64,000 nucleotides of DNA from Lama glama (taxonomy: Eukaryota), in NCBI GenBank assembly GCA_028534125.1, contig CM052817.1, forward strand, positions 81,718,001 through 81,782,000, in the 5' to 3' direction. The notes under the pieces were generated by a model. That model saw only the letters and a list, made by a program, of their open reading frames with translations, had not been told where the DNA came from and did not search any database. This document shows, piece after piece, positions 1 through 14,419 of the stretch. Position numbers and translations under genes: made by a program. Within the stretch, counting starts at the first letter, position 1. Each line of letters begins with the position of its first letter.

Positions 1-279
1 TGTCAGAGCTTCAAATAAATCTGTGTAGAGGGAGAGCAGACCTCAGATAAATCCTGAGCAGCAGCAAATGGCTTAGCTGATTGACTAGGGACCTGAAATA
101 ATGTTTAAACATGAGACAAGCAGTTCTTGTGGGGAAACACGTGGATGCACCTGTAGGGTTAGGCACAGAGATGGTGAATCTATGCGTCTCTCACCGATTT
201 TCACTAAAGAACATTCATAGCAGAGGAGGTATTGTAGCACAAAACAAAGATAAGTTGCCTCGGAGAGATCGTAGCATCA

Positions 280-650
280 CTAAATGTAGCATGCTAAAAT
301 GAAAGGTCTGGCTACGCCGGACTGGTCAGTAAACCAGCAGGCAAAGAAGGAATTCTTATGCCAGAATAGGAAATTGACCCTGATGATTAGGAGGAGATCA
401 GATGCTGCTGTGGGGAGAGAGATTTGCGTGGGAGCTCTTTCGTGTCTCCATGTCTAGTCACCATCATAAATGGGCACCTGTAGCAACTTGAGGCTGAGAA
501 GGACGTGATAGCAAAGACCACCTCCTCAGACGTGAGGTCAGCAGTACACCACAGGGCAAGCGTTCCAGAAGAGCACGCGTGCTGACTGACACTGAGGGGA
601 ATCTGGAATGGGTGGTAAAGGAGGAGTGAGAACTGTAACTTGTCCCACTA
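280..650 (+). mobile_element. ERVL/MaLR internal-region fragment (3' part)
   Basis: aaccagcaggcaaagaagga...aattgaccctgatgattaggaggagat and tgaggggaatctggaatgggtggtaaaggagg resemble the 3' end of MLT1/ERVL internal sequence. Confidence 0.6.
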
Positions 651-874
651 ACCCTCCTTTATTCTATCTCCCACTCCTTGGAAATTGTACCTGGCAACCA
701 TATTAAAGAAGCAGTTATGCGAGAGAGTGAATTTAACATGACCCATGAATGGATCTAAACAGTACAAAACGCAGATTCTAACCTCCACTATGTGTTTCAC
801 ATCTGTTGAAACTTTTTGTGTGTTAGGATAGGCTTCCGGGTGCCAATGTCTGCAGATGTGTACCTGAGGGCTCG

Positions 875-968
875 TTTTCTTTTTCCTTTTTGTCAGAGGT
901 ACTGAGGATTGAACCCAGGACTCATGCATGCTAAGAAGGCACTCCACCACTTAGCTAGGACCCACCCT
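875..968 (-). mobile_element. tRNA-derived SINE (camelid Vic-1-like)
   Basis: Reverse complement gives agctaagtggtggagtgccttcttagcatgcatgagtcctgggttcaatcctcagtacctc with an A-rich tail (A and B boxes). Confidence 0.85.
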
Positions 969-3900
969 CTTTTTCTTTGAAAACCAAAAAGCTGTGGTGC
1001 CTATGATTGCGGGCAGTGGTCTGGAGGTGCCAAGGAACTAGCAGTCCTGGGTCAGATCCTCTCAGTTAGTGTTCAGTTACCCAACTTCCTCCCTCCTCAG
1101 GCAAGATAATTCCCAGGGCTAGGTTTTGGATCATTTTCTCAAGTTTCCCCTTGCATTGGCATATAGTGGTACATTTCATAGTTCACCACTTAATAATTTA
1201 CCATATTCTGTGTCACTTACCCCATTTTTCTAACCAGAGTTGTCTGCACTTCCCAAATAAACTACTTGCACTTGAATCCCTGACTCTGAGTTACTTTGGG
1301 GAAAACCCCTGATAAAACACTAGCTGCGGAGATGAATGAATGGAAGACAGCATCCATGTCTGGAGAAATTTGTATTTTGGAATTCAATATGGAGATATAA
1401 GAAAATGAATGTAGTCTGGTAAGAATTAAATTAGAATTAAGAACCAGATTTTGGGAGGGAACAAAGAAGAAAACACCTAACTTCCTATGAAAAGCTGGAT
1501 GAATCAAGAACAATGTTATGAAGGAGCTGACATCCCACGAGAATCCTGAAGAAACGAAGAGTAGGTAAGAAGGTGTAGAGCTCAATGGGAAATGTATTTT
1601 AGGATAGAATTAAATAAAACCACAACTTATTATTCATTATAAGTTTTTAATCCTTTAAGGTAACCCAACCCAAACTTGAGAGTCTCCCATGTGAGTCATT
1701 TCCTGTAGAAAGTTTGTTCTTGTGGAAAATTTTGTAGAAAGAAAAACTTCTGTTTCCTTAGAAAAGAACACTTTGCATTTGGGCTTTTGGAGCTTAATCC
1801 AACTGCCACTCAGACAAAAGTTAGCTTCCTTCGGTTACTTTTGAAGAAAGGTTAATGGATTTCTTTTGCATGCTTTTTTATGAGTTGATTGCTGGAAAAT
1901 GAAATTTCCCAATTCCACAGTTCATCACCTTCATACCTGATCCCAGAAATTAGTGATTAGAAATGGGAATAGAAAGTGAAAGAAATGTAATTTTCTTCCA
2001 TCTTTGAAACTGCTTTGAGATAGGAAACGTTTTGCTGTTTCACAATATAATGTCTTCTCATATAATATGCTGTCAGCAGTAATAACTTGAGTGAAAGTAA
2101 TTTTTTTCTCTCATATAAAAAAGTAATGTGAAATTTTCACAGGGTAAAAATTATCCTCAAAACAAAATATATATTTCCGTATTTTCTTGAAGATTAATGT
2201 ACCAGATACCTAAAGTTCTTTTTTCTTTCCTTTCTAGACTTATTTTTAAAAAATATAATTTTCTCTATGGACCTGTTATTCACAACTGGTCATTTTCCTC
2301 AAGTGTACTGGACTACGTGACATTGCTTATAGAAGGATTTGTTCTTTCACAAATGACTTGCCTGGTCTGGTACAAAATGATTTTATATAATGTTTCAATA
2401 GCTATTTTTAGGTGAATAAAAGAATGATCCAATTAAGATTGTTAAATAGTGCACTAGCCAAATGCAAATCAAGACTCTATAAAGAAAGATAATGAGGGAA
2501 AATTATTTATGCCTTACTTTCTATTATAAAAGAAGCAATTCTGGAAGGAAAAATAATGATTTCTTTCATAATTGAGTAGTTTCAGGGAATCTATAAAGTT
2601 ACTGGGAAAAGTTATTTTTATATTAAGTCTCAGGGACTGCCTAGCTCTGACAACAATAATTTTATTTTCTACTTTTGAACTATGAGACTTCTATTACTGA
2701 ATTTGCATGGTCTAGCAATGTGAAATAGTAAATATTTATGAAAAAATGAAGTCTTCAGGATTTGGATATGTGCATAATCGAGCTTCAGATATTTATATAT
2801 TTCTTCAAAACATTTTCGGAAGCTTTTGTTATTTAAATTTTGTGTAATCTTATTCATAAAACGTTTTCTGTGTGTGCAAAGTTGGAAGAATGAACATGAG
2901 GAACATATAAGTGAAAAAAAATCTTCACAGATACAAGAAGGATATTTAATTAAGAAAAAAGCTTAAAAGTGAGGTGAACACAGAGTAGGTGTGAAAATGT
3001 CACAGTTTTTGACGTATTCAAAAAATGCTCAAAGCGAAAAATGCCCAATAAGTCATATGCATTCAGTGTCTCTAAATGTATCTTAGCTTTAAGCAAAAAG
3101 AACTTTAGAGAAGCAGTTGCTCATCAAATAAAGAGTTCAAAGTATACAGTGGCCAAAGAAGTAATATAAAAGCAAAGCAATTTTAGGCAGTTCAATTTCA
3201 ATGTCATAAAACTTTTAACATTCAAACTCTTAGGTTATGTTGCTAAGAATTAGATTTTTTTCAGTAGGTAAGATTACACAATGTTAATAATGATAAATAA
3301 CATTAAAAGTAATTTTCAGCTGCATACAGTCTGTGATTTGTGTATGTACTTTACAGAACCTGCAGCATTAGCATCATGTCGCCCTAGGTGAGGTGGAGAT
3401 AATAAAGAGATGACAGAGTCCCAGCAGGCTTTGGAGCGCCACTGACACATTGACAGTGACTGAGACCTGGCATCTTATAACCTTGACTTTGTCTTGTCTA
3501 TAGCACAATATATTAATGCTTTAAACATAATAGAAACAAAAAGGATACCAGTTTGAACATTCAGACACGTATAGTAACAATTATTCTCCAAAGAATACAG
3601 CAAGCCACCAACAGCAATGGGACACAGCGACCCTAAACCTTAGCAAAAGCTTGTGCTCCATGAGCTCAAGAACTGTGTCTCTCAGTGAAGGTCACAGCGC
3701 CATAGTAAGTGCTCAATAAACACCACTGAAATAGTGACGAGAAAGGAGTGTTGATAATGAACAACAGACCATGAACACTGTTTCTCTCAAGTATTTAGCT
3801 TTTCTCTGATGAGCCTAGATGCATTCTTTCAAAGCAATAATAAAAATAAAATATAATATGTAACATATGCACATATAGAATGGAATGATTTGCTAAATAG

Positions 3901-3974
3901 TTATCAAAAGGTTCCATTTTTGTGCTTACAAATTTGTATTTTTTTATTACCTATGAGCACTGTATAGAATTATA

Positions 3975-4202
3975 ACTGCTAAAGTCAGACTACCACTATT
4001 CAGACTGGGAGACTTATCAGTTACTTGTTGTGTGACATTGGATAGATCTATTAACATCTATATGCCTCAGTTTTCTTGCCTGTGAAATGGGGATAAAATA
4101 ATTGCTACTCGTAAATTAGTTGTGAAGATTAAATGAATAATCTTATCTAAGTGCTTAGAAAAGTGTGTGCTCCATCATTGGTGCTGTATTCATGTTAGCT
4201 AT
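3975..4202 (+). mobile_element. MIR SINE
   Basis: Core tgtgtgacattgga...gcctcagttttcttgcctgtgaaatggggataa...ttgtgaagattaaatga. Confidence 0.85.
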
Positions 4203-5184
4203 CATGACTTATTATGCCATAAGAAATGGAAATAACATCCTATGCTTATGTTATCCTGTCTGAACTACTATAGTAATCACCCCGTCTCCAATCTTTTCCC
4301 TTCTAAGTCATCCTACATCCATTCCATTCAGAAAAATCTTTCTAAATCATGGTCTTGTCAGGCCCACACACTGAAAATATCCACTGCACACAAATATAAT
4401 GTATGTATATAATTCATTCAAGTCCTTGCCCAGTCTTCTTTTACCATCTTATTTTCAACTGCTCCCTTTCACTCATCTTTCATATAAATTTAGTGGAATT
4501 ATCCATTTTCTGAAATGACCCTGAACTTTTCCTTCTATGATTGGCTGTCCTGGACTTTTTCTTTGCTTACAATGTTGATACCTCATCTCCTCTGTGAATA
4601 TTTAGAAGAGTTCTATAGTTTGAATTAGCATATTATAATACAAATAAGCATATTATAAGAATGTGTACAGGAGTATGAAAGACCCTTCAGTAGTACTGAA
4701 ACTACTCACCCATTAATTCTGTGCATTACAGCAGGACTAGTGCTTATAGTATGCATTTTAAAAACTATCTAATATTTCTTGGCCTCTTCATTAAGATGCT
4801 CCCTCTCTTCCCGGATTTATGGATGAAAAATTCTACTTCATCACCTTGGAGACCTCGTGCCACTGCTATGCGTTGTTTACACTACCTGCAATGTGACATT
4901 TTACATTATTGAACAGTGTTGCTGAGGGATATCTTGTCTTTGACAACAACCCAAGACCAGCATGCAAGATTCATTTTATGTAATGGTTGATTCGGTCTTA
5001 ACTCAGATTTGTTAAATCATAATTAGCTGTGGGATCATGGGAGGCTGTTTCTTTTGATAAAATGCTTCCCATGTGCTATAAATTATGAGAACAAACAGGA
5101 AGATATAAGTGAAACATATCTATGTGTGACAAAGAAGGTGAATTTTTAATCAGATTATAAAAAGAGGAGTAGATTTTTAATCAG

Positions 5185-5400
5185 AAGCTGTGGATTTGGG
5201 TTCTTGTTTGATTCATTTGTAGTATAGGGTGGTTGACTTACCTTTACTTTGTAGCTTCTTTATCTTTTCAGTGGGGATACCAGCGTCTGGGCAGCCTAAT
5301 AAACTAATAACTAATCAAGTTATTGTGAGGAGCAAATGAGACCCTATACTTCTGAACAGTTTGCAATGTTGTGCTACACAAATGGAAGAGGTTATTACTG
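5185..5400 (+). mobile_element. MIR SINE (degenerate)
   Basis: agcttctttatcttttcagtggggata...ttattgtgaggagcaaatgaga. Confidence 0.55.
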
Positions 5401-5712
5401 AAAAAACTGAGATAATTTCTAAGTGTTTTTACATGTTTAAATGCAATAGAATTATGACTTTGTTTAGAACCTTAAGTGCCGTAGTTTTAATGCTATTCAA
5501 TTATTAATTATAATATGAATATAGACAATCTACAGTATATTAGCTATCTTCTGCCTACCACTGAGCTGGGTGTATTATAAATATACAAGAAGAAAAGTCT
5601 GCTTTCTCAGAACCTTGTGGGTGGGAGGACCTCTTGTGAGGGAGGAAGTATGAATACATGGCCACTGAACTCTGGTTGCTAGGACTTAGAAGTAATAGGT
5701 ACCAAAGAAGCA

Positions 5713-6190
5713 TGTATCAGTCTTCTATTGCTGCTGTAACAAATCACCACAAATTATGTAGCTAAAAACAACTCAAACTTATACTCTTCCAGTTCTGGAG
5801 GTTAGAATTCTGAAATGTGTCTCATGGGGCTAAAGTCAAGGCATCAGCTGGCTTTGTTCCCTCTGAAGGCTGTAGAGGAGAATCGATTTCCTTACTTTTT
5901 TCACCTCCTAGAGTCGACTTCCCTTCCTTAGGCTGTAACCCAGCATCACATCACCTCTTCACAGCTTCTGTTATCACTTCACCTCCTTCTTCTGACCATC
6001 TGGCCTCCCTCTTATAAGAACCCCTATGATTGGTCCCATGTGGATAATCTAGGCCACTCATGCAGGATCCTTAATTTAATCATACGTGCAACATCCCTGT
6101 CCCTTGTAAGGTGAGAATCACAGGTTCCAGAAATTAGGATGTGGCTAGCTATAGCAGGGAAGAATGGAGCCTTATTCAGCCTGTGCCACA
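5713..6190 (-). mobile_element. MaLR solo LTR (MLT1C/D-like)
   Basis: Termini tgtatcagtcttctattgctgctgtaacaaatcaccac...cagcctgtgccaca; flanking duplication gaagc(a/g). Confidence 0.9.
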
Positions 6191-8534
6191 GAAGCGGAGC
6201 ATCCCACCTTCAAATGGCCCACGAAATTGCTGCATTTTATTGCTTCAGGACACTCACTACTAATTTAAACAGAGACAAAAATATGAATTGAATATATAAA
6301 TCACTTCTCTAATTTCAATGTTTTTTTTTCTTTTCCTGTTTTGCAACTAGGGAATTACTAACTAAAGCAATACTTAAGTAGAATGACCAGAGCTTCCTTA
6401 TCTAGTATATCCTGATGGACTTTTTATAGGCTTGGTCTTCACTTTGAGTGAAACTGCTTTTGATGATCTTAACATCTTCTGTCCTAACCCACTTGGATGA
6501 AATTAGTTTTGAATCAGAACGTCAATGACTGAAAGCTTTCAACTGGGAACACTGAAATAGGATCAAGTGATAGCTGTGTCTCTATTACAACGTTGCCTAG
6601 CAACATAGTTGCAGGTTTCCATTATAAGAAATGATACTATTATAGAAAGGCATCTTAGAAAAGACATAAATGATAGATAGTTCTAAGCTTATAAAAAAGC
6701 TATCATTTCAAACTTGGGAAAACAAAACCATTGAACCATCCAGTGAAGGTCAGAGAATTAAAAAGGTAAATTATGAGTTAGGGCTTTTAAAATTCTAAAG
6801 TTGATGTTTCATTTCCTATCATTTATGTTCCAATGCTTTTTAGTTCTATACAGCCTAATATCTTGAAAAGGCAAAAAATAAAAATCATTAAGTAATGTAA
6901 GAGTAAACACACAAGCATCATGACACGCTTTTACCAAGAACTACAGTAATACTGAAGTCTTTTGTAAACAGTTGACATTTATTTATGTGAACTTCAGAAT
7001 ATTACAACTTTTTGCATTAGTAAATAAAATTTAACGACTACTAAATGCTCATTTTAAACTGATGAAATGGAGACATACGGTAATATTAGGGGTCTAAGAA
7101 ATGCTGTCAAACTTAAAATCAGGGTACAATATCTGAAGAGACAATTTCTTTAGATGTTTTACTGATAGTAACATATCAATATGAGGTATTGTTCATAATA
7201 GAAAGAAAATAAAGTTCAAGTACCTTGGGATGTTGGCTCAGTTTTATATAGTTTATCATTTTAAGTACTGACAACATATGTTTATATCATTTTTAGGGTA
7301 TGACTAAATTCAGTATAATGGTCTCTATCTGCCATTGTGTGAATCCAGCGTTAACATCCTTTTAAGAGACTCACTGGTTCAGCAGAGGGCCTTCAAGACT
7401 TCCAACTGTAACCTCTGCTGGTCAGCAGGCTCCCCTGGAAAGCGACATTCCACAAGTGGGTGTTTTCTGTGCCAGCAAGGCTGGAAGCCCAGCTGCAAAT
7501 ACAGAGTTGGAGCCTCAGTCTTCTTGAATTGCTTCCTCCTCTCTCCCCATCGGGGTGAGTGTTAAGAATGTTTAATATAATCTATCTGAGTGGTTAGAAG
7601 CTTGGGATAAATTATCTATCCTCCCTTGTCTTATTCTTCTCGTAGTTCTGGGACTTTTGGAACATTATATGAAACTCAGATGAGAATCCCACTGCACACT
7701 TTGTTTTGAATGTTCAACCTACCGTGATGTGTAAGAAGTTGAGAAGTCTCCTAAAATATAAAACACAGTATCTATCTTCCTTAGAAATTACCCACATAAA
7801 CATTTGCCATATGCCACTGAAGTGGATTGAATAATGTCCCTCAAAAATTTCCTTCCCAATTGCCCAACTTTTCCCGGTAATGTGGTATTACTACATGTAA
7901 ATTGCATATTGAAAAAAAGCATAATTCTCCTTGTTACTTATTCCATTTATTTTTCTCTTTTAAAAGAAGTATGAGGTGAGTGACAAAGGCAAGCATAATA
8001 CAACAAAATAAAAATTAAAAGGAATCAGTTACTGAGGGTGAAGGGAAGTAAATGTTAATAGTGGGTTGAATCCAGGCATGCAATAATCAAATAAGTAATA
8101 AAATCAGGTTCTGTCCAGGTGGAGGAGGAGGGTTATAGATTGACTATACATTTCCTACCAGCAAGGGAACACAAAGAGTCCTGAGATACTGAACTTCTCT
8201 ATAATTCTTATAAATTGAAATAAACCAGTGTAATTATAAGCAGCTTTTCCTTGATATCGAATTCTGAAAGACACATCACCCATGGGTTCTCATAAAAGGA
8301 ATATCGAGCTATGTGGTAAAATAAGTCCTCAGTAGTAGTCCCAGAATTAATACAATAGGGAGCTGTAGGTGGATGTTTGTATGAAAACATCTCAATAGAA
8401 GCTACCTGCAAAAGTGTTGTTCAGTGGAAAGTAGTTCCAGAAAGTATTTAAACAATTCAGGAGCACTTAACATGCAATAGCTGCAGAAGCAGCATCAAAT
8501 AAAAAAGATCTTGGCTCATAAGATAAGATTTCAA

Positions 8535-8675
8535 GGGGAGGATATAGCTCAGTGGTAGAATGTGTGCTTAGCATGCATGAGGTCCTGGGTTCAATCCTGA
8601 GTATCTCCATAAAAAAATACTACAAAAAATAAATAAATAAACCTAATTATCTCCCTTCCCCCAAAATTTTAAAAA
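8535..8675 (+). mobile_element. tRNA-derived SINE (camelid Vic-1-like)
   Basis: ggggaggatatagctcagtggtagaatgtgtgcttagcatgcatgaggtcctgggttcaatcc followed by an aaataaataaacctaatta tail. Confidence 0.92.
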
Positions 8676-10312
8676 GCACATCTCAACCATTAAGAAAACT
8701 ATCACAATGTGCTTTATACCAACTGCAAGTTCTGTTTAAGTAACAGTTACCATTCTTAATTGATTTTTTATGATTTAATAAGCCTTAAATAAAATGAATG
8801 TTATCAATTAGAAATATGATAAAATATATAATGCATGAGAGATCTTTAAGAAACACATCTAATATGTTTAGTAGCATTCAATTTTGTGTTCATTTAAGAA
8901 AAAAAATAGAGAGAGCAAGGCAGAAATGACTCGGGAGTATTACTGCATTATTGCAGGAGCAATAAGAAAGCATTAAGAGAAGAGAAGATTATTTTGATAG
9001 CATACATGAGTTAGCCTCAGTTATCTATGGTGCTGTTATATTTGAACCTATCATAAGATGAGGACTGAAGATGAGAGATTGAAGTTATATATCCTGCGGA
9101 GAAGAGCACCTTTGGTAACAATGTGAATAATCAAGGCATTTATAAATTTTCCTTAAATTTTATTACACTTAAGGGTAGAGAACAGATAATACTAACATTT
9201 TGTGTAATGATTTTTTAATGTTATATTTCATAATTTACTTGAAAGCGGACACACTGAAATCAATAAATCTCTTAAAATCAGAAGAGAAGGATAGTGGCCT
9301 CTTCACACAATTGCTATTTGAACCGAACAAGAGTCAAGGTAGGCATTACAGAATTTGAATATTGGAGAAAATAAAAATATTATGGGGAAAATTATCTTAT
9401 ATTTTAGAAAGACATTTTATCATAAAAGTAGCAAATAGAATTTATGGAAAATTTATAAATATTAAAAGTGTAAAAGAAGTGAATAAAATCTCTGTAACTC
9501 TTCTTACCAGAGAAAGCCACTGTTAATATTTTTGGTTGTGAGGATTTTGTTCTGTTTTTTACTTAACAGTTTATGTGCGTGTCACTCAGTGTTGTAGAAA
9601 CAATCTAACAGGGCAAACAAAATAATATTTACTTGTTGGAAAAACTTAAAGCAAAACTTATGACAGAGACAAATCTTAATTTCCTACCATCATTTTTATT
9701 TGTTTTTAATCACGTTTGTCTTTTTCAAGGCCTTGAAAACATTAACTTGAACACTGAGGTTTATGTCCCTTTTACAAAATCTGCAGAGGTACTATTAAGA
9801 TGATTAATATTTTACAGCCCTTTAGAATTCACAGAGCACTTTCCAAAATTTATGTCTTATATATAATCTCAATGGCACCTGTGACATTTAAGTGTTATCT
9901 GCAGAGTCCTTACCAAGGCTGAGCCTAGCATAAGGCCTTGTAGGTTTTGTGTTGTGACAGCCCTTCACCAAAACAGACTAGCTTCTTATACTACTAACTG
10001 TCTATGTTTCTGACTGTCCAACCTTCTTTGATATAGTATGTGGATCGCATTGGGAATTTCCCCTTAATACGGAACCCCATGGCACTCTAATCTACCACTG
10101 GTGTGGAGCCAGCAGTTCTTATCATTTTCATCCCTCCAAGGTCATTGGAGGATGTATCACAGGACGTCCTCATACACATTCAAGGATGGTAGGATTTCTT
10201 CTTACAAACTGAGGGACTGGTAGTTGTGAGCAAGGAAACTAAGACAGAGACCTCAAGAGGACACTATCACTGCCTGCTCTTCTGTGGAGACCAGAGGTAA
10301 CTATCTGGCACG

Positions 10313-10575
10313 TCACCCCAGAAACTCTCTGTGGGTCACCCAAGTCCCCGCAGCAGGAAGAGCTGCTCCTAAACTCAGTACCTCGTGAGGCTGGAGCCCC
10401 ACACGTTCTCCAGGTGCTGGGCAGCTGCCGTTTATTTCCCAGTACTCTCCTCGAGTGTTGGACCAAAATTCAGTCTTCTTGGTTTTTGTCCCCCAGACAT
10501 TTACCAACTCTGTCACAAATTCGTCCCTGTGCTTGTGCACAAAAGGGACAGCCACAGAAGACTGGAATTCGTCTC
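10313..10575 (-). pseudogene. Decayed CARD-domain-like exon
   Basis: FVHKHRDEFVTELVNV (helix 1, like ASC/NLRP1 FVDxHRxxLIxRVTNV); EINGSCPAPGERVxxxxxxVLSLG, with the same spacing as NOD1 CARD EIVCACPTQPDKVxxxxxxVQSKG; then QLFL after a frameshift. Candidate acceptors at 10576-10577 or 10625-10626. Confidence 0.55.
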
Positions 10576-11049
10576 CTAGCAAGAGCCCAAGGGGACCCCT
10601 CTGGGTCCTGCCAAGCATCCCTCTCTGCAGGATGGTGAGAGACCAGAGACAGCCCCACTGCCTTCCCTGCTGTCTGTGACTTCCAACCTGCAGAACTAAT
10701 GCTCCAAGCCTCTGAAAGCACTTATCCACATGCAAGGCCTTGCATAGAGTTGAAGTCAGGGGAAAGCAAATTAACGAATTACAGTGAGTGAGGAGAAAGC
10801 TAAGAATAAGAAACCAGGAGACACTGATAACAAAGACAGTATATTCAACTGCCATGTTTGCCATGTTTAAATAAAAAGATATAAGGCCATCTTCAAGGAT
10901 TTTTTTCCTCTTCTTTGGAAAACATTTGAAAAAAATATTGTTGCTATTTAATTGGTGCTGACTAAGCAATAGACACTGTGTATGTTAAGAACATAAATTG
11001 TCTCCAACCATCATGATTACTCTCTTTAGTTGACATTATATAGATATAC

Positions 11050-11150
11050 TTTCATTTTACAGAAAACTGAGGCTGGAGAATTTCATAACACAATAGTTTG
11101 TGTCTGAGTCAGGACTGAAATTCAGGTCTGTGGCTCCCAAGCCCCAGAAA
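11050..11150 (-). mobile_element. MIR fragment
   Basis: cattttacagaaaactgaggct...ggactgaaattcaggtctgtggctccc. Confidence 0.65.
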
Positions 11151-14100
11151 ATTCTAGTACAGAACTCTGACTTTAACTGGTGTCTGTTTTCTAGGGGAAA
11201 AGGTATTTTAACATTGTAGCTGCTCATAGGAAATTAAGAAATTTATATTCGATGGTATTGTTTGTATAGGATATTTATGCAAATATGAGGGAATGACTAG
11301 ATTTCAGAGCATATCTGATTAGAAGGGGCATGTTTACTTTTAAATGTTAGCCAGTTGAAGGCTCATATATTGAAATAGTCATAATCACAGCAGATAATTC
11401 CAGTTTACACATATATTTTATAAAACACAGATTGTCATTTTAAAATATGAATCATCTTATACAATAACTAGGAAATTGCTATTAATTCAGTGTGAAATGC
11501 TCTTGCGTACCAAACTAATGATGGCTGATGTTTATTTTCACTGCTATGTCAAAACTCAGTGGTTAGGAAAATTAGAATAAAAATAAAGCTAATCTGTGGG
11601 AAACATTGTTCTACAATTAATTTTGTATTTGCTAGTGGGAAAAAAACTTCAGATAAAACTTACTGAGATTTTTATTAATTTTTCAAAAGAATTTCCTACT
11701 GAAATATTCTCAAGCAGTGATCACTCATCTTTTCTAACTTGAGTTAAAAAGAATTAGGTCTAGAGGATGCCGTGAGCCCTCAAATTAGGCATCTGGTTTA
11801 GAAATAATCTCTCTTCTTAGTTTAGCATCATTGCTCCAAATGATCTCTTTACCTGCCAGCCTTAGAATTTATTACATTGATATAATACATGATTTATGTG
11901 AAAATTATATTGATAGAACATATTATATTGATAGTACATATTATATGTGGGAATACAGATAAGTTTTCTTAATACTAGGTATTTGGTAATATATTATGTT
12001 TTTGATAAACAGTTTGAAATTATCATGGTAACAATTTGTCTTTTACTATATGCTCTTTTTTCTTCCTTTGACCCTATAATGTTTTCAAAATATTTTCATT
12101 GTTTCCTTTGTTTACTTGCAATAAGGAAAGGTTATTTAAGAGACGCCAAGCATCTTCATAATTGAAACTTGCTCACCTCTCATTATGCCAAATGATCAGT
12201 GCCTCTGGAACTAGACACAATTGGGACGCTCCATAGCATTCACTGCATTAGTGGCCATTATGGATTCAAATAAAGAGGTAAGCTTAATATAAATTTTTGT
12301 TACTACCCAAATACATACACTAGCCTTCAAGACAAAGAGGCAGAAAGATTTCATGTGAAGGATGCTAGGTCTCCCAAAAGGTTCCTGAGGTGTTTTCTGG
12401 TTTTATGTTATGTGGCAGTTCACAGACAGAAAGAAATACAATAAAACCATGAAACGAAAAAAAAAGTTCTCCAAGTCCGGCCACATATGCATTCATATTT
12501 GCCTTACAATGCCTTACAAATTAAAATTTGTTCCTCTCTAATTCTTTAAATATTCTGGATCATTTAAACAATTTGATTCTCTCTTAATTCTTAACACCTT
12601 CTGGAGGATTGTTTTTATTTCTCTTTTGCATGGCTTAGACCACACAATTCAAGTAGTGTGACTAACTTTCTGTGAGTTCTGCTAAAAGGCTGGCTGCAAA
12701 TATTTACTCGGAAGAGTTCTGAGTCATCCTTTGTGGTGACTGTTTTAAACTCAGTCTCAGTAGAGTGCCTTCAAATTTTAATGCTGACATTTGGAAAAAT
12801 ATAACAAGACAAAGCTGGAGAACTTGGTAATAACAAGTTTGGTGAATGTATGAGAAAATGACTATAGGAACATCACTATCTTCCCATCTCATGTAAAACC
12901 CATCATCAATAGTCTAATGTACTTCTGTCATCTGTATCACAGCACAGATGGGCCTCATACTCTTTATTATAATTTAATTGCTGTGTTCCTGATTATGTTT
13001 AGTTTTAGCTCTGGTGAATTGTTGCTTTGTTTCTAATTATGCAAGTGTTTTATTGAAGACATGTGGTTTAAAACTAAGATGCTTTTTCATAGCTTTTTAT
13101 TTGTTGTTTTATAAAGGAACCATTGACACTTATGCATAGAACATAATATTAAAGTTTTAAAATTACAAACAGGTTTTATGATGTTAGCTTATTGGTCTAT
13201 ATTTATTGTCATTCTGCTCTGAACTAAACATTTGAAATGTAAATTAAAAATGGATATAAGTTCAAGAGAAGGTTAGAGAAGTGAGATAGAAAACTTGCAC
13301 AAGCAAATTAAATACTGACTTTAAATTTGTCAAGTTTCTTCTTTTTATATAAGTACTCTATTTAAAATAATTAATATATTCTGAACAAAAATAGCATTGA
13401 TTTTAGCAGAATAACAAGAAATAAAACAGCTTTTGATTTCCTGCCAAAATTTAAACATCCAGTGTTCAATATGCACTATTTAAAGTTTCTGAGATGATAG
13501 AAATCAGGTCATCATTTTAGAATCTCATATTTCTTATTTGAAATAACACATGTTAGAAATTTTGTGTAATTATTTTTCAGAATCAAAGAAGATCTACTAA
13601 AAATTAGACGATGATTTTAGCTTATCTAAAAATGTTAGTTGTTTAGCTACCAGATGGATTCGTCACAGTATGACTAACTATAAAGTAAGTTTTTAATTTG
13701 ACATTTCAGACTGTCACGCCTATCGATCTTTTAGAAGACCTACCTCTCAAAGGTCTATTGAGAGAAAAAAAACTGCATTATGTCTCCCTCTCTAAATTAG
13801 TTAAGAATACAGACATTTTGCTTTTTTAAATGAATTTTCACACAGTTAAGTCATGTATTAGTTTTTAGAATGTTGTTGGAATCTTTTGAGGTATCATTAC
13901 CGTAATTCACAGTTTCCTTCACTCTCGCCAGCTTTTTGCTCTCCATTTATGCTTTATTCATCTCTCTGTGTGCTTTCATAAGCCTGGGAGACTCTTCTTC
14001 CTGAAAATATGTTGTTGATTATCTTCAAAATTGTTCCTCAGTAAGGGAAAGACTTGCCTAAAATTTGCCAAGTGGTCATAATTTCTAGTATTGTTGGTTT

Positions 14101-14419
14101 TGTTTGTTTGTTTTATATCTTACTTTGCCAAAAATTATCCTTTGAAAAAGGGATATATGTAATTGAAAGTCATTATTTTGAAAATGTAAAAAAAAGATCT
14201 GTAAATCCTGTTGTGTTTCTAATGTTCTGTAGTTCTACAGTTTATAAAATGAAATTCCTTAGTTGCTTCATTTAATCATAAAGCTTAGGATATGATAGAG
14301 GAAGATGTTTTAATCTCATGTATATTTTAGTATAATACATATATTTTATCACATATGTATCATATGTACATACCATGTGCTCAAGAAAAAGAAGCTGAAA
14401 TTGAGGGTGAAACGTGGAA

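Noticed and set aside
8535..8610. tRNA-gene-like A/B box sequences (also near 900, 38570 and 41110)
   Set aside because: They have A-rich tails (and TSDs in two copies) and no intact cloverleaf, so they are SINEs, not tRNA genes.
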